This document shows positions 37,665 through 48,700 of a stretch of 64,000 nucleotides of DNA, piece after piece. The stretch's first letter is position 1; the number at the start of each line of letters is the position of its first letter. The stretch lies in the NCBI GenBank assembly GCA_963575745.1, contig CAUYUJ010000001.1, positions 3,472,001-3,536,000 of the forward strand. Direction: 5' to 3'. Source of the DNA: Prorocentrum cordatum (lineage: Eukaryota). Made by a program: the position numbers and the translations under genes. The notes below the pieces were generated by a model. It did not search any database and was not told the DNA's origin. It was given only the letters and a program-made list of their open reading frames with translations.

Positions 37665-38700
37665 TCTACCTCCCCCCCCTCCTCCTCCTCCTCCCTCCTC
37701 CCCCCTCCTCCTCCTCCTCCTCCTCCTCCTCCTCCTCCTCCTCCTCCTCTCCTCCTCCTCCTCTCCTCCTCCTCCTCCTCCTCCTCCTCCTCCTCCTCCT
37801 CCTCCTCCTCCTCCTCCTCCTCCTCCTCCTCCTCCCCCTCCTCCTCCTCCTCCTCCTCCTCCTCCTCCCTCCTCCTCCTCCTCCTCCTCCTCCTCCTCCT
37901 CCTCCTCCTCCTCCTCCTCCTCCTCCTCCTCCTCTCCTCCTCCTCCTCCCCTCCTCCTCCTCCCCTCCTCCCTCCTCCTCCTCCTCCTCCTCTCTCCTCC
38001 TCCTCCTCCCCTCCTCCTCCTCCTCCTCCTCCTCCTCCTCCTCCTCCTCCTCCTCCTCCTCCTCCTCCTCCTCCTCCTCCTCCTCCTCCTCCTCCTCCTC
38101 CTCCTCCTCCTCCTCCTCCCTCCTCCTCCTCCCTCCCCCCCCTCCTCCTCCTCCTCCTCCCTCCTCCTCCTCCTCCTCCTCCTCCTCCTCCTCCTCCTCC
38201 TCCTCCTCCTCCTCCTCCCTCCTCCTCCTCCCTCCTCCTCTCCTCCTCCTCCTCCTCCTCCTCCTCCTCCTCCTCCTCCTCCTCCTCCTCCTCCTCCTCC
38301 TCCTCCTCCTCCTCCTCCTCCTCCTCCTCCTCCTCCTCCTCCTCTCCTCCTCCTCCTCCTCCTCCTCCTCCTCCTCCTCCTCCTCCTCCTCCTCCTCCTC
38401 CTCCTCCTCCTCCTCCTCCTCCTCCTCCTCTCCTCCTCCTCCTCCTCCTCCTCCTCCTCCTCCTCCTCCTCCTCCTCCTCCTCCTCCTCCTCCTCCTCCT
38501 CCTCCTCTCCTCCTCCTCCTCCTCCTCCTCCTCCCCTCCTCCTCCTCCTCCTCCTCCTCCTCCTCCTCCTCCTCCTCCTCCTCCTCCTCCTCCTCCTCCT
38601 CCTCCTCCTCCCCCTCCTCCTCCTCCTCCTCCTCCTCCTCCTCCTCCTCCTCCTCCTCCTCCTCCTCCTCCTACTTCTACTCCGACGACGACGACGACGA
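37665..38700. repeat. ~1 kb (CCT)n microsatellite
   Basis: Seen directly. The ~400-aa poly-P/S/L ORFs are artefacts. Confidence 0.98.
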
Positions 38701-38719
38701 CCACGCTGACTGTTCAGGC

Positions 38720-38893
38720 TAAAACGACGCGAAGATCGAGACCAAATCGGATCGGGATAACTCGAAATCTCTGAGAGTCGGCGGGTTTGGAGGATGTATT
38801 GGGCGCCGCGGCCGCTCCCAGAGCGTTCCGGAGCGCTCCGAGAGCGCTCCGGAACGCTCTGGAGCGATTTATCCCGATCCTAGCCCTGTTTTA
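38720..38893 (+). mobile_element. ~174 bp MITE-like element, copy 1
   Basis: Termini TAAAAC/GTTTTA, inner IR GGATCGGGATAA/TTATCCCGATCC, flanking direct repeat TTCAGGC. An inverted copy lies at 52350-52521. Confidence 0.85.
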
Positions 38894-39744
38894 TTCAGGC
38901 CCCCGGGGGCGGATTCGGGCGTGCAAGCTTCAGGGGTTGGCGAGGCCTCGAGCGAAGATACCCGGCGCAGCAGCACGGCTGGCACTCCCGGCATGGTGGG
39001 CAGCGTAGCCGGCAGCACAACCTGCACGCCACGAGGAGCGACAGACCCAGACCTGCGCAGTAGTCACGAACGTCTCATCAACCCGTGCTGCTCCTCCTCG
39101 CCTGGCTCGTGGATTTCCTTCCCCTCCATTCTCTGGGCTCTCACCTCAAATCCTTTATGTCCCCCTCCTGTTCTCCCACATGGTCCTGCCCAGCAGAAGC
39201 CACAGCACGACACGTGCGGCGCGGACAGATCTGCAGACTGCAGCGTGGGGCCCGAAGGCGGGAGGGGCCACCACCGCGCGGGGCCGAGCATCCGTCGATC
39301 ATACGCGTACCGGCTCACAAATGCACGGCGCGGGACTGCTCGCCATGGCAGATGTCTCGAGGCGTGACGCCCACTGACCAGAAGCCCGCACTTGTGTGGG
39401 AGATGGGTGTGGCCGCGCAGATGGAGAAACACTGCTCGATGGAGAAAGCTTCTCTTCGGCGTGGGCATGGATGCGGCCAAGGATGCGGTTGCGGCTGCGA
39501 GCGCGGGTATCCTCAGAGCGCCATGAGGGACAACACCAGGGCCCTCCGGAAACTCTCGGTGAGGCGCAGTTCGCGAACGAACGAATCCTATCCATCCATC
39601 CCTCCTTCACGTGCTCCCCCCCCTGCCCTCTCGAGCTCTATCCCGTCTCCTTCCTCCACCCTCTCCCCTCTCCGTCCCTACCTTCCTCCATCTCCCTCCT
39701 TTTCCCCTCCCCCTTCTTCCTCACCTGTCACGGTCCCCTCCCAT

Positions 39745-39929
39745 TGAGGGATCAAACAACGACCCTACCCTGGGTTACAAGTGCGTGGTCTGTAAACCTC
39801 CTGGGAACCCCCAAAGCCTAGAGCCGCCATGACGCGGCACATCACGCAGGGTTTACCCTGTCAGCCCACGGGAGTTTCAGCGCACAGCGCCTCGTAAACC
39901 AGGGTAGGGGCGTTTTTTTGTGCCCTTGA
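39745..39929. mobile_element. ~185 bp foldback/MITE with ~60-bp imperfect inverted arms
   Basis: AACGACCCTACCCTGGGTTACAAG matches the reverse complement of CTCGTAAACCAGGGTAGGGGCGTT. Confidence 0.75.
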
Positions 39930-40199
39930 TCCCAGGCTGTGTCCAACCCCCCTCCCTCCCTATGGCGCTAGCTCCACGGCGCTCCTTTGGCGGCCAGGCA
40001 CCGCTTCATGACCTCGGTGGTGCGGGGCGCGGCGGTGCGGTTGTAGTCCTCGGCCCGGCAAGGACCCCCCCCCCTTTGCTGCACCGGTCTCCGTTCCACA
40101 ATCGTTCCCACCATTCCTCTCTCCATCTACGACTCAGTCTCCACATCCTCCCCCACACTCGTATTCCTCGTCCTGCCCCTCTCCTCCACTCTCCTCCCG

Positions 40200-41370
40200 C
40201 AGATGAACATACAAGTCGAAGCCTTCAAGCTTCGCCCCCCCGCCCTGCCCAGGTTCAAAGTCGGTCCCGGGCATGCGGCAGCACAGGCGTGAGAAGACAA
40301 AAGACAGATTGAACCTCCAGGGCCTCCGCTAGGCCCGGCCCGACCCACCTTTGAATCTGGGGGGAAGGGGGGGGACACACAAGGTCGAACGACGTGGTTC
40401 TACCTTTTGGTCCCCCTTACCGTCCCTGGCGGCTCCACCGCTATAAAACATAGTGAGGGCCGTGCAGACCAGAGGGAGGACTCCCGTAACACATGTGAGG
40501 ACTGTAAGGACCGAGAAAAAAATCGTTTGTTCTATCCTCACTCTTCTCACGGCCCTCACATTACTCCAGATTTCGTAATAAAGGGAGGGGGTCTCATTTC
40601 GGGGGGGGGCCTCTTCCAGGCTATCTTGGAGGGCATGGGGGGGTCTGGGGACGATGTTTTGGAGGGTTCTCCCCCGGGGGGGGATCTGAAATGGCTTGTC
40701 TTGGAGGGTCCAGACCCCCTCCCTTTTATTACGAAATCTGGAATATGTAAAGCAATCCTCACTCCGGTCCTCACGGTCTTCACGGCCCTGGCAGGCGTTC
40801 GGACTCTGCAGGCCAGACCCCTCTCTCATGAGAGCCCCGTCAGCACCACGATAGGGCAAACAGTTGGGCACCCCAGGGGGGAGACACCAGGGACCGTGCC
40901 TGGCGGCTTCGCCGCTGTAGAACACGTGAAGACCGTGAGGACCAAAGTGAGGACTGCCGTGGGGCATGTGAGGACCGTGGGGACCAGGAAAGCAGAAAGA
41001 GGAGGGGGGATTCTTCTTCCACGCTCCTCACGGTTCTCACGTTTTGACGGCAGTCTTCACTCCAGTCCTCATAGTCCTCACGGGCCTGGCAGGTTTTCGG
41101 ACTCTGCAGGCCAGCCCCCTTCCTCTTGAGAGCCCTATGCGCACCACGATAGGGCAGCCGTGGCAGTTGGGCACCCCCAAGAGGTGACACCAGGGACCGT
41201 AGATGGAAACAAAGGTGGAACCCTTCACTCCCCCCCCCCTCCCCCCCCAGATTCAACGTTGGTCCTAGGCGTTCGGCAACACAAGCGTGAGAGGACAAAG
41301 AAGTGAAACCCCAGGGCCTCCGCTAGGCCCGACCCACCTTCGAATCTTCGGGGAGGGGGGTGACGAACAC
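40200..41370. repeat. Internally duplicated repeat with GTGAGGACC/GGTCCTCAC motifs
   Basis: About 40420-40900 resembles 40900-41200, and about 40230-40380 resembles 41220-41370. Confidence 0.75.
40564..40743. mobile_element. 180-bp MITE with ~31-bp TIRs and TA target duplication (Tc1/mariner-type)
   Basis: TA|CTCCAGATTTCGTAATAAAGGGAGGGGGTCT ... AGACCCCCTCCCTTTTATTACGAAATCTGGAA|TA. The adjacent paralogous unit (about 41035-41060) lacks the insertion. Confidence 0.9.
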
Positions 41371-41932
41371 GGTGTCGAGCACGAAGGGGTTATATCTTTT
41401 TGCGCCTTACCGTCTTCGTCCAAGTTCTTTACCCTGCCTCTTCCTATGACCCTTCTTCAATTTCTGCCTCCCCCCATCTCGCTTGAACTTAGTGCCGCGC
41501 AATGACAATGTCATCGAAGAGCGAACGGCACATCGTTCATGAACAAACGGCCGCTCTGTCGAAGATGCTTGGCGACGGCTTGAAGCGCCCGCACGAACCC
41601 TCATTGCTGCTCCCATACTCGATCCTCTTCTCCGTGGATGGAAGATCGGCCCACGATCGCACAGCCTCTGCGATGTGCAAACGATTCGATCGATCATCAA
41701 TCGAGCCGTCCGCGCAATCGAACCGAAAAGGAATCGAGACTCGATCAAACTAACACGGGAGACGCCCCCCGAAGCGCGTGGCCCGCCCGCCCCCTTGAGG
41801 GGAAGGGCGTATGGAGAAACAGATCAAGAAGGAGCAAAATGTATCTCCCCAATCAATGCTGGCACCGAAAAACAAGATATGTCGAACATATAAGACCAAT
41901 GATACCAGAGAAAAACCCAATCCGGTTTTCGT

Positions 41933-42310
41933 TTGGGCTATGGGGCTATAGGACTACAGGGCTATAGGGCTATGGGGCTATATGGCTATGGGGGTATTGT
42001 GCCATAAGGCTATTGGGCTATGGGGCGATATGGGCTATAAGACTACAGGGCTATAGGGCTATAAGGCTCTAGGGCTATAAGGCCACATGGGCTATATGTG
42101 CTGTTTGGCTATTGGGCTATAGAGCTATAACGCTATAGGGCTACATGGCTATAAAATACCCGGACACCCCTGGGCAGCTCCGGGCACCTTCGAGCACCCG
42201 GGCACCCGGGCACCCACGGGCACCCGGGCACCCGGGCACCCGGGCACCGGTCACCGAAATCCTGCGACACCGGGCCCCCACGGGCACCCGGGCACCCGGG
42301 CACCCGGCCG
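41933..42310. repeat. (GGGCTATA)-like repeat followed by (CCGGGCACC)n
   Basis: Seen directly. Confidence 0.9.
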
Positions 42311-43037
42311 CCGGCCACCAAATCGGCGCCGCACCTCACATAACCATATGAATCCGCTAGGAGCCCTACAGAGGCAAACTCTGATTGGGAAATATCGGTT
42401 GGCGACCGGGTTCCCGGGTTTCCGGGTCTGGCGAAAAAAGCCCAGGCGTTTTCGGTGGGCGGCCGGGTTTCGGCGTGCGGGTTCCAGGCCGAGTTCCCTG
42501 CACTGTACGGATGCCAGGCTCTCGAGTTTTCGTTACGGCTCAGCTCCAAGCTCTCTGCCCCTGGAGCATCGGTACCCTGGAACAGCACTCGGACACCGCA
42601 GCCCTGCGCCCTTGCAGGCTCGCACTGAACAGTCCGGACTGCCTCTTAACAAGACTCCATTTGGAGCCTGGGACGCTGCACCAGCTCTTGGACACGTTCA
42701 TCCTGCCCTGAGTGCGCCCTCCGCCGTGCCCTTCTCTGCGATCCTATCCCCCTGCCCGCGCATTGGTGCCGATTAGCTTTCTTGGCAGCCCCGCCTAGCT
42801 ATGTGTAGATTTTTTGCAGGCGCCAAGACCGTGACAAAGCATGGATTCGCTGCAGCGAAATAGCCGGGTCTTTGCGACCACGGCCATCATAAGGGCACAT
42901 GCTAGAGGGTACAGAGTAGTAATCCAAAAAGTAGAGAGCAGAGTTGAATACAGAGAATAGGAATACGTAGTAGAGAGTAGACACCAGAGCAAATTAAGAG
43001 GGTATACGAAGTAAGCATAATAGACATATATGCATAC

Positions 43038-43144
43038 ATACGTAGCACCCCGTAATTGCTGATAAGGAGTGAGGGGGCGGCGGGGACGTCGGCAGTCTGC
43101 GAGGCAGTGAAAAAGCTCGCCGCGGGCACCAAACTTTTTTACAA
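43038..43144 (+). repeat. ~110 bp dispersed repeat; inverted copy at about 60574-60686
   Basis: TACGTAGCACCCCG...GGACGTCGGCAGTCTGYGAGGC...AACTTTTTACAAA is shared between the two copies. Confidence 0.85.
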
Positions 43145-45625
43145 ATTCTTCATGCTTCGCGAATCCCCACCAGAGTTCATCTACAGTGGTGGAGGCGCCC
43201 GTCACTCTGTCCGTTCCGTGGTTCCAAGTGTTCTGGCAGTCAGGTCCGCGCGTTCTGACCACCTCAGGCTGTGCTGCACTTCCCTGGCTCTGGTCCCCCG
43301 CTGGCCCCTGGGGTGCTGGTGCTCGCAGGGAGTGGTTCAGCCTTCTTGTCCAGCCTGGCGTGGCCCCTGGCGGTCTGCATCCCATTCCTCTGGCGCCAGG
43401 TGGCGACAAGGTAATTCCCGTGCCTGGCGATCTCGCTCCCATGGTACTCGCACGTTGCAACTTCCCAGCCGCCTCCGCAGCTGGCAGCTTCCACCCCTCG
43501 GCGCAGCCCAGCCCCGGCGCAGCTCCCCTCGGCGGTAGGATTAGTCTGCTTGCTCGGCGCGCGCGCGCCGGCAATTAGGGTGCTCGCGGCCCGTGCTACT
43601 CTTCTGACGCTGTTGGCGCGCTCGCCTGCAGCTGCGACGACAAAAATAGCCACCAGACTGGTCACACCTGGAGTACGACGGCCTGCCACCGTCTTCCCCC
43701 GCCGCCCCTGCCTTGCGCACGAGGTCGTCGGGAACCCCCCCCGACCCTGGACGCAGGTCTGCGGGCCTTCCTTTCGTCGCGGCCACGCTGGTTGCGCCCG
43801 AGGTTCGCCTGCTTGCCTCTCTCTATTTCGGGGATACCACAGAGCCCCTGGGCCCGCGGCTGGCCGTGAGTCCGCTGCCGCTGCCCACCCGGGGTTGACG
43901 GACATCCGGTCCTCCCCCAAGTCGCCTTCCCCAGGGTCTGCTCCTGTCCCTGGCGTTGGCTCTCGCCGCCTCCTTCGCAGGCGTGTGGCTTCCTTCCGCT
44001 GGTTCTCCGCATCTGCTGCCTCTGGGCCGCCCTGGCGCTGCCTTCCCCCTGTCCCCCCGCCCGTGGTGACGCTACCGTCGCTTCCACGCCCCTCGCTCCG
44101 ACCCTTGTCGGCGTTTGGCGATCCAGAGCCTACTCCGTTGAGCGCCTGTATGTCGCTGATTGACGTTCTCTTCTGTTGCATCACGGCAGTCTTTGAATAC
44201 GTGGACTTCATGAATTTCGCCATTTTGGTGCTGCACCTCGACCAGTGGTTCCTCCTGGTCCACCGCGTCTCTTGTGCCAGCGTAGCTCGCTCCTGTGTGC
44301 TCTTGTGCGAAATTTAAATCGTTGTTTGTTAGCCGCGTTTCTTGACGGCGCCTGGCACCCCTGCGCGCTCGCGAACCAAAAGAATCCCCACCAGACCGTT
44401 CAGAGACCCTGACCTTGAGAGCTGACGCGGAAAAGGGGCGAAGATACATATCTAGTGAAACAGAGCGAGCAACCAGGGTGAACAGAGAGATCTCTGGGAG
44501 CAATGGGGTGGCCTTGGAAGGCCTCTTCGGGCCATCCCTGGGGGCCGCGTGGGAGCGAGGGGAGGAGGAAGACGACGACGACGACGGAAACGCCCTAGGA
44601 CGACAACGACGATCAGGAAGAGGAGGAACAAGAACAGGAGGACGATGAGGGCAAGGACGAGGACGAAGACGAGGAGGAGGACAACGGCGACGAGGATCCA
44701 TGGAGCCATCTTGTGTGGATATGGATTAGGACGAGGAGGACATCGATAAGGATGAGGGGCACGAGGACGTCGAGGATGATAACGAGGATGATAACGAATA
44801 CGAGGACGAGGAGGACGAGGAGGACAAGGACGAGACAGATGACGAGGGGGTGCGACGAGGAGGAAGAGGAGGACGAGGATGACGCGGACGAAGACGATGA
44901 GGAGACAAGGTAAAAGGAGGGCGAGGACTCTGGCAGACATCTTGGAGTCTTCTGGAGGCTCCCTCGCGGCTCATTTGGGGTCCTCTTGGAGCCCTCTTGG
45001 GGCTCTCTTGGGGCTCTCTTGGGAGCCCTGGAGCGCCTCTTGTGGCCATCTTGGAGGCTATCGATTTAAGGAGGGGGGGTCAAGATCTAGATCCCCCCCC
45101 TGGGGCCCTCAAAACCGCCTCTTGGGGTCCCCTCTTAGGGCCCCCTCTTGGGGCGCTCTTGGTGCCGTCTTGGGCGCCTCTAGGGCCCCTCTTGAGGCCT
45201 TCTCGGGCCATCTTGGGGCCATCTTGAGGCCGCCAAAGCGCAGCGGAAGTGAAACGGCGAGACAACACAAATCATCAATTTTCCCTAGGTCTTTGAAGGA
45301 TTTTAGGCTCTTGAATTGGTCCTGGGGGGTCGCCGAGCGCACTCGGAGCAGTCTTGTGGCCCTCTTGGGGCCTCTTGGAGGCATGGCGGTCATCTTGAGC
45401 GGTCTTGCGCTATCTTGAAACATCTAAGACGCTATCTTGGAACATCAGAGGCCCTCGTGGAGCAATCTTGACTGGACACGGGCTCTCTGATGACTCGCGG
45501 CTCCTTCCCAGAAAAGCCCTGGGAGGGGAGGGGGAGGATACCCCTCCCCGAAGGGACGACGTGCTCCTTTGGAAGAGAAAAGAAAAACATCGTTAGACAA
45601 CCTACGCCCAGAGGGCTGGAGGTAT
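43143..45625 (-). mobile_element. Second composite element of the 340-2693 family
   Basis: On the minus strand: 5' CCTCCAGCCCTCTGGGCGTAGG, CCAAGA block (45560-44935), CTC/GTC low complexity, conserved body, then 3' CTGGTGGGGATTCGCGAAGCATGAAGAAT. Confidence 0.65.
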
Positions 45626-46050
45626 TATACAACGAGCTCGCCGCAAGCGCCGATTCTTTCGTTAAAACAATGGGGGTGGGTCGCGGGGTGGGTCGCGGGT
45701 GGGTCGCGGGTGGGTCGCGAGCCGGGCCGCGAGCCGGGTCGCGGTTGGGTCGCGGGTGGGTCGCGGGTGAGTCGCGGGTTGGTCGCGGGTGGATGGCGGG
45801 TGGGTCGCGGGGTGGGTCGCGGTTGTGTCGCGGGCCGGATCGCGGGTGGGTCACGAGTGGGCCGGGTCGCGGGGGGGGACGACGACAAGAAACAACAAGC
45901 AACAAACAGCAAATAACAAGCAACTAACAGTCAACAACACCCAACAAACAACTACACCGACAATAACAACAACCCGCACCGCATAACCTCACTTCAGTCA
46001 CGCGCCCAGGGACAGCGAATAACCGTTCGGCCCCCTCACTCTGATACGTA
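45626..46050 (+). mobile_element. Dispersed element carrying a (GGGTCGCGGGT)n 11-mer; inverted copy at about 60285-60572
   Basis: Both flanks of the 11-mer array are shared between copies: GGGACAGYGAATRACCGYTCGGCCCC on one side and CGCARGCGCCG...TTTCGTT...CAATG on the other. Confidence 0.8.
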
Positions 46051-46058
46051 TATATAGT

Positions 46059-46101
<43 letters not shown>

Positions 46102-46164
46102 TCATCATACCTACCGGTGTGATCTCGCACTGCTTTATTTCGACCGACCGTGTGCCCATAATGC

Positions 46165-46755
46165 GGTCGTGCTGGTGGTTGTGCTGGCGGCCGTGCTGGT
46201 GGTCGTGGTTGGTGGACGTGCTGGTGGTCGTGCTGGTGGTCGTGCTGCTGGCCGTTCTGGTGGAGGTGCTGGCAGTCGTGCTGGTGGTCGTGCTGGTACT
46301 TGTGCTGGTGGTCGTGCTGGGAAGTGCTGGTGGTCGAGCTGGTGGTCGTGCTGCTGGCTGGTCGTGCTGGTGGTCGTGCTGGTGGTCGTGCTGGGCTGGT
46401 GGTCGTGCTGGTGGTCGTGCTGGCGGTTGTGCTGGTGGTCGTGCTGGTGGCTGGTCGCGTTGGTGGTTGTGCTGGTGATCGTGCTGGCGGTCGTGTTGGT
46501 GGCCGTTCTGGTGGAGGTGCTGGTGATCGTGCTGGTGGTCGTGCTGGTGGTCGTGCTGGTGGTTGTGCTGGTGGTCGTGCTGGTGGCTGGCCGTGCTGGA
46601 GGTGCTGGTGGTCGTGTTGGTGGTCGTGCTTGGTCGTGCTGGTGGCTGGCCGTGCTGGAGGTGCTGGTGGCTGGTCGTGCTGGTGGTCGTGCTGGTGGTC
46701 GTGCTGATGGTCGTGCTGGTGCTTGTGCTGGTGGTCGTGCTGGTGGTCGTGCTGG
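46165..46755. repeat. (GTGCTGGTGGTC)n 12-bp minisatellite
   Basis: Seen directly. Confidence 0.95.
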
Positions 46756-47540
46756 CGCCCCCCTCCCCTTATTCCGACCGACCGTGGGCCACCCCCTCCG
46801 CTCCCCCCTTGCGCCCCCCTCCGCTTATTCCGACCGACCGTGGGCCCCCCCCCGCTCCCCCCTTGCGCCCCCCTCCCCTTCTTCCGCCCGACCGTGGGCC
46901 ACTCCCCCCGCTCCTCTTCTGCGCCCCTCTCCCTTTATTCTGACCGACCGTGGCCCCCCCACCGCTCCCCCCCTGCGCCCTCGTCCCCTTATTCCGACCG
47001 ACCGTGGGCCACCCCCCCCGCTCCTCCCCTGCGCCCCCCTCCCCGACCGACCGTGGGCCCCCCCCGCTCCCTGCGCCCCCCTCCCCTTATTCCGACCGAC
47101 CGTGGGCCCCCCCCCCCGCTCCTCCCTTGCGCCCCCGTCCCCTTATTCCGACCGACCGTGGGCCACCCCCCCCGCTCCTCCCCTGCGCCCCCCTCCTCTT
47201 ATTCCGACCGACCGTGGGCCACCCCCCCGTTCCCCCCTTGCGCCCCCTCCCTTTATTCCGACCGACCGTGGGCCCTCCCCCCCCGCTCCCTCCCCTGCGG
47301 CCCCATGGTCCCCCCCTGCGCCCCCTTCCCCTGCCCGTCCCCCCCCGATTCCGACCAACCGTGCCCGCCCCCCCCCTCCCCCCCCGCGCCCCCCTCCCTT
47401 ATTCCGACCGACCGTGGGCCCTCCTCCGCTCCCCCCTGCGCCCCCTTCCCCTTATTCCGACCGACCGTGGGCTCCCCCCCCCTCCCCCCTCTGCGCCCCC
47501 CTCCCTTTATTCCGACCGACCGTGGGCACCCCCCCCCCCC
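46756..47540. repeat. ~58-bp C-rich minisatellite with constant core TTATTCCGACCGACCGTGGGC
   Basis: About 13 copies, plus one detached core at about 46133-46158. Confidence 0.93.
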
Positions 47541-47779
47541 GACGACGACGACCAGCGCGCGGTGCAGTGCGACCAGGCCACTCGCCCCGTCAGGCCGCGC
47601 CGCGTGGCCGCGCCCGACTGGCGTGGCGGCGAGCCGGGGGATTGAGGATCGAGGTTGCCGGAAGATTTTCTTGGTTCTTGGCGGTTTTCTCAGCCGGCAT
47701 GGTTTCCAGCGGCTGCGCCTCGCCGAGGGCGTTCCGAGAGTGCCCGTGTCGTCCCGAACGGCCGCCGGAGGCCGAGGCC

Positions 47780-48700
47780 AGCTTCTTGGGCCGTTTTGGG
47801 CTAGCTTGAGAGCTGAAAAGAACAACATGCGCAAGTCCTTGAAGCACAACGGAAAATCATTCATTTTGCCCCTTTCGGGCTTTCCCAGAGGACGTTTTGG
47901 AGGGCTCTCGGGCCGTTTTGGAGGAATCCTGCGAGCCTTTTGGGCCGTCTTAAGCCATCTTGAGGCCATCTTGGCCCGTCTTGGGGGCATCCTGGGGCTA
48001 TCTGAGCCGTCTCGAACGCCATCTTAGCCATCGTGGAGGCATCTTGAGGGCCATCTTGGGCCATCTTGGCCGTTTTGGAGGCCTCTTGGGCCGTCTTGGG
48101 GCCCTCTTGGGGCCGTCTTGGGGGCTTCTTGGGCCGTCATGGGGCCATCTTAGAGGCCTCTTGACGATCTTGGGGCGACCTTGGGGACCTCTTGGGCCGT
48201 CTTGGACCGTCGGAAAGCCGAAAAGGCGCGAATACACGAATCCTTCAAAAACTTGAAGAACATACATAAATATTGCCCTTTCGGGCCTTCATGGAGGACC
48301 TCTTGGAGGCCTGTTGGGCCATCTTGGACGCCTCGTGGGAGCCGCTTGGGCCCATCCAGGGCCGTCTTGGGTGCATTTTGGGCCGTCTTGGAGGCATTTT
48401 GGTGCCATGTTGGCCGTCTTGGCCCTCTTGGGGCCGTTTTGGAAGCCTCTTGGGCCGTCATGGGGCCATCTTGGGGGCCTCTTGGGCAACTTTGGGGCGA
48501 TCTTGGGGGCCTCTTGGGCCGTCTTGGACCGTCGGAAAGCCGAAAAGGCGCAAATGACCAAATCCTTCCCAAATCCAAAGAAAATCAATGATTTTGGCCT
48601 CTTCGGGCCCTCCTAGACGACCTCTTGAAGGCCTCTTGGGCTGTCTTGGAGGCCTCTTTGGAGCCTCTTGGACCGTCTGGGCCTCTGGGACCCTTCCGAG
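47780..48700 (-). repeat. GGCCCCAAGA-family repeat on the minus strand with internal ~330 bp duplication
   Basis: TCTTGGGCCGTCTTGGACCGTCGGAAAGCCGAAAAGGCGC occurs at about 48190 and 48512. Confidence 0.85.

Noticed and set aside
37474..38774. ~400-aa poly-Pro/Ser/Leu ORFs
   Set aside because: Translation of a (CCT)n microsatellite. The irregular phase shifts may be sequencing error.
44375..44425. SGSLNGLVGILL as a bestrophin TM2 exon
   Set aside because: The sequence is the CTGGTGGGG motif region of the dispersed element, homologous to about 1750-1810.
46169..48027. 546-aa and 434-aa ORFs
   Set aside because: Read-through of 12-bp and ~58-bp minisatellites.
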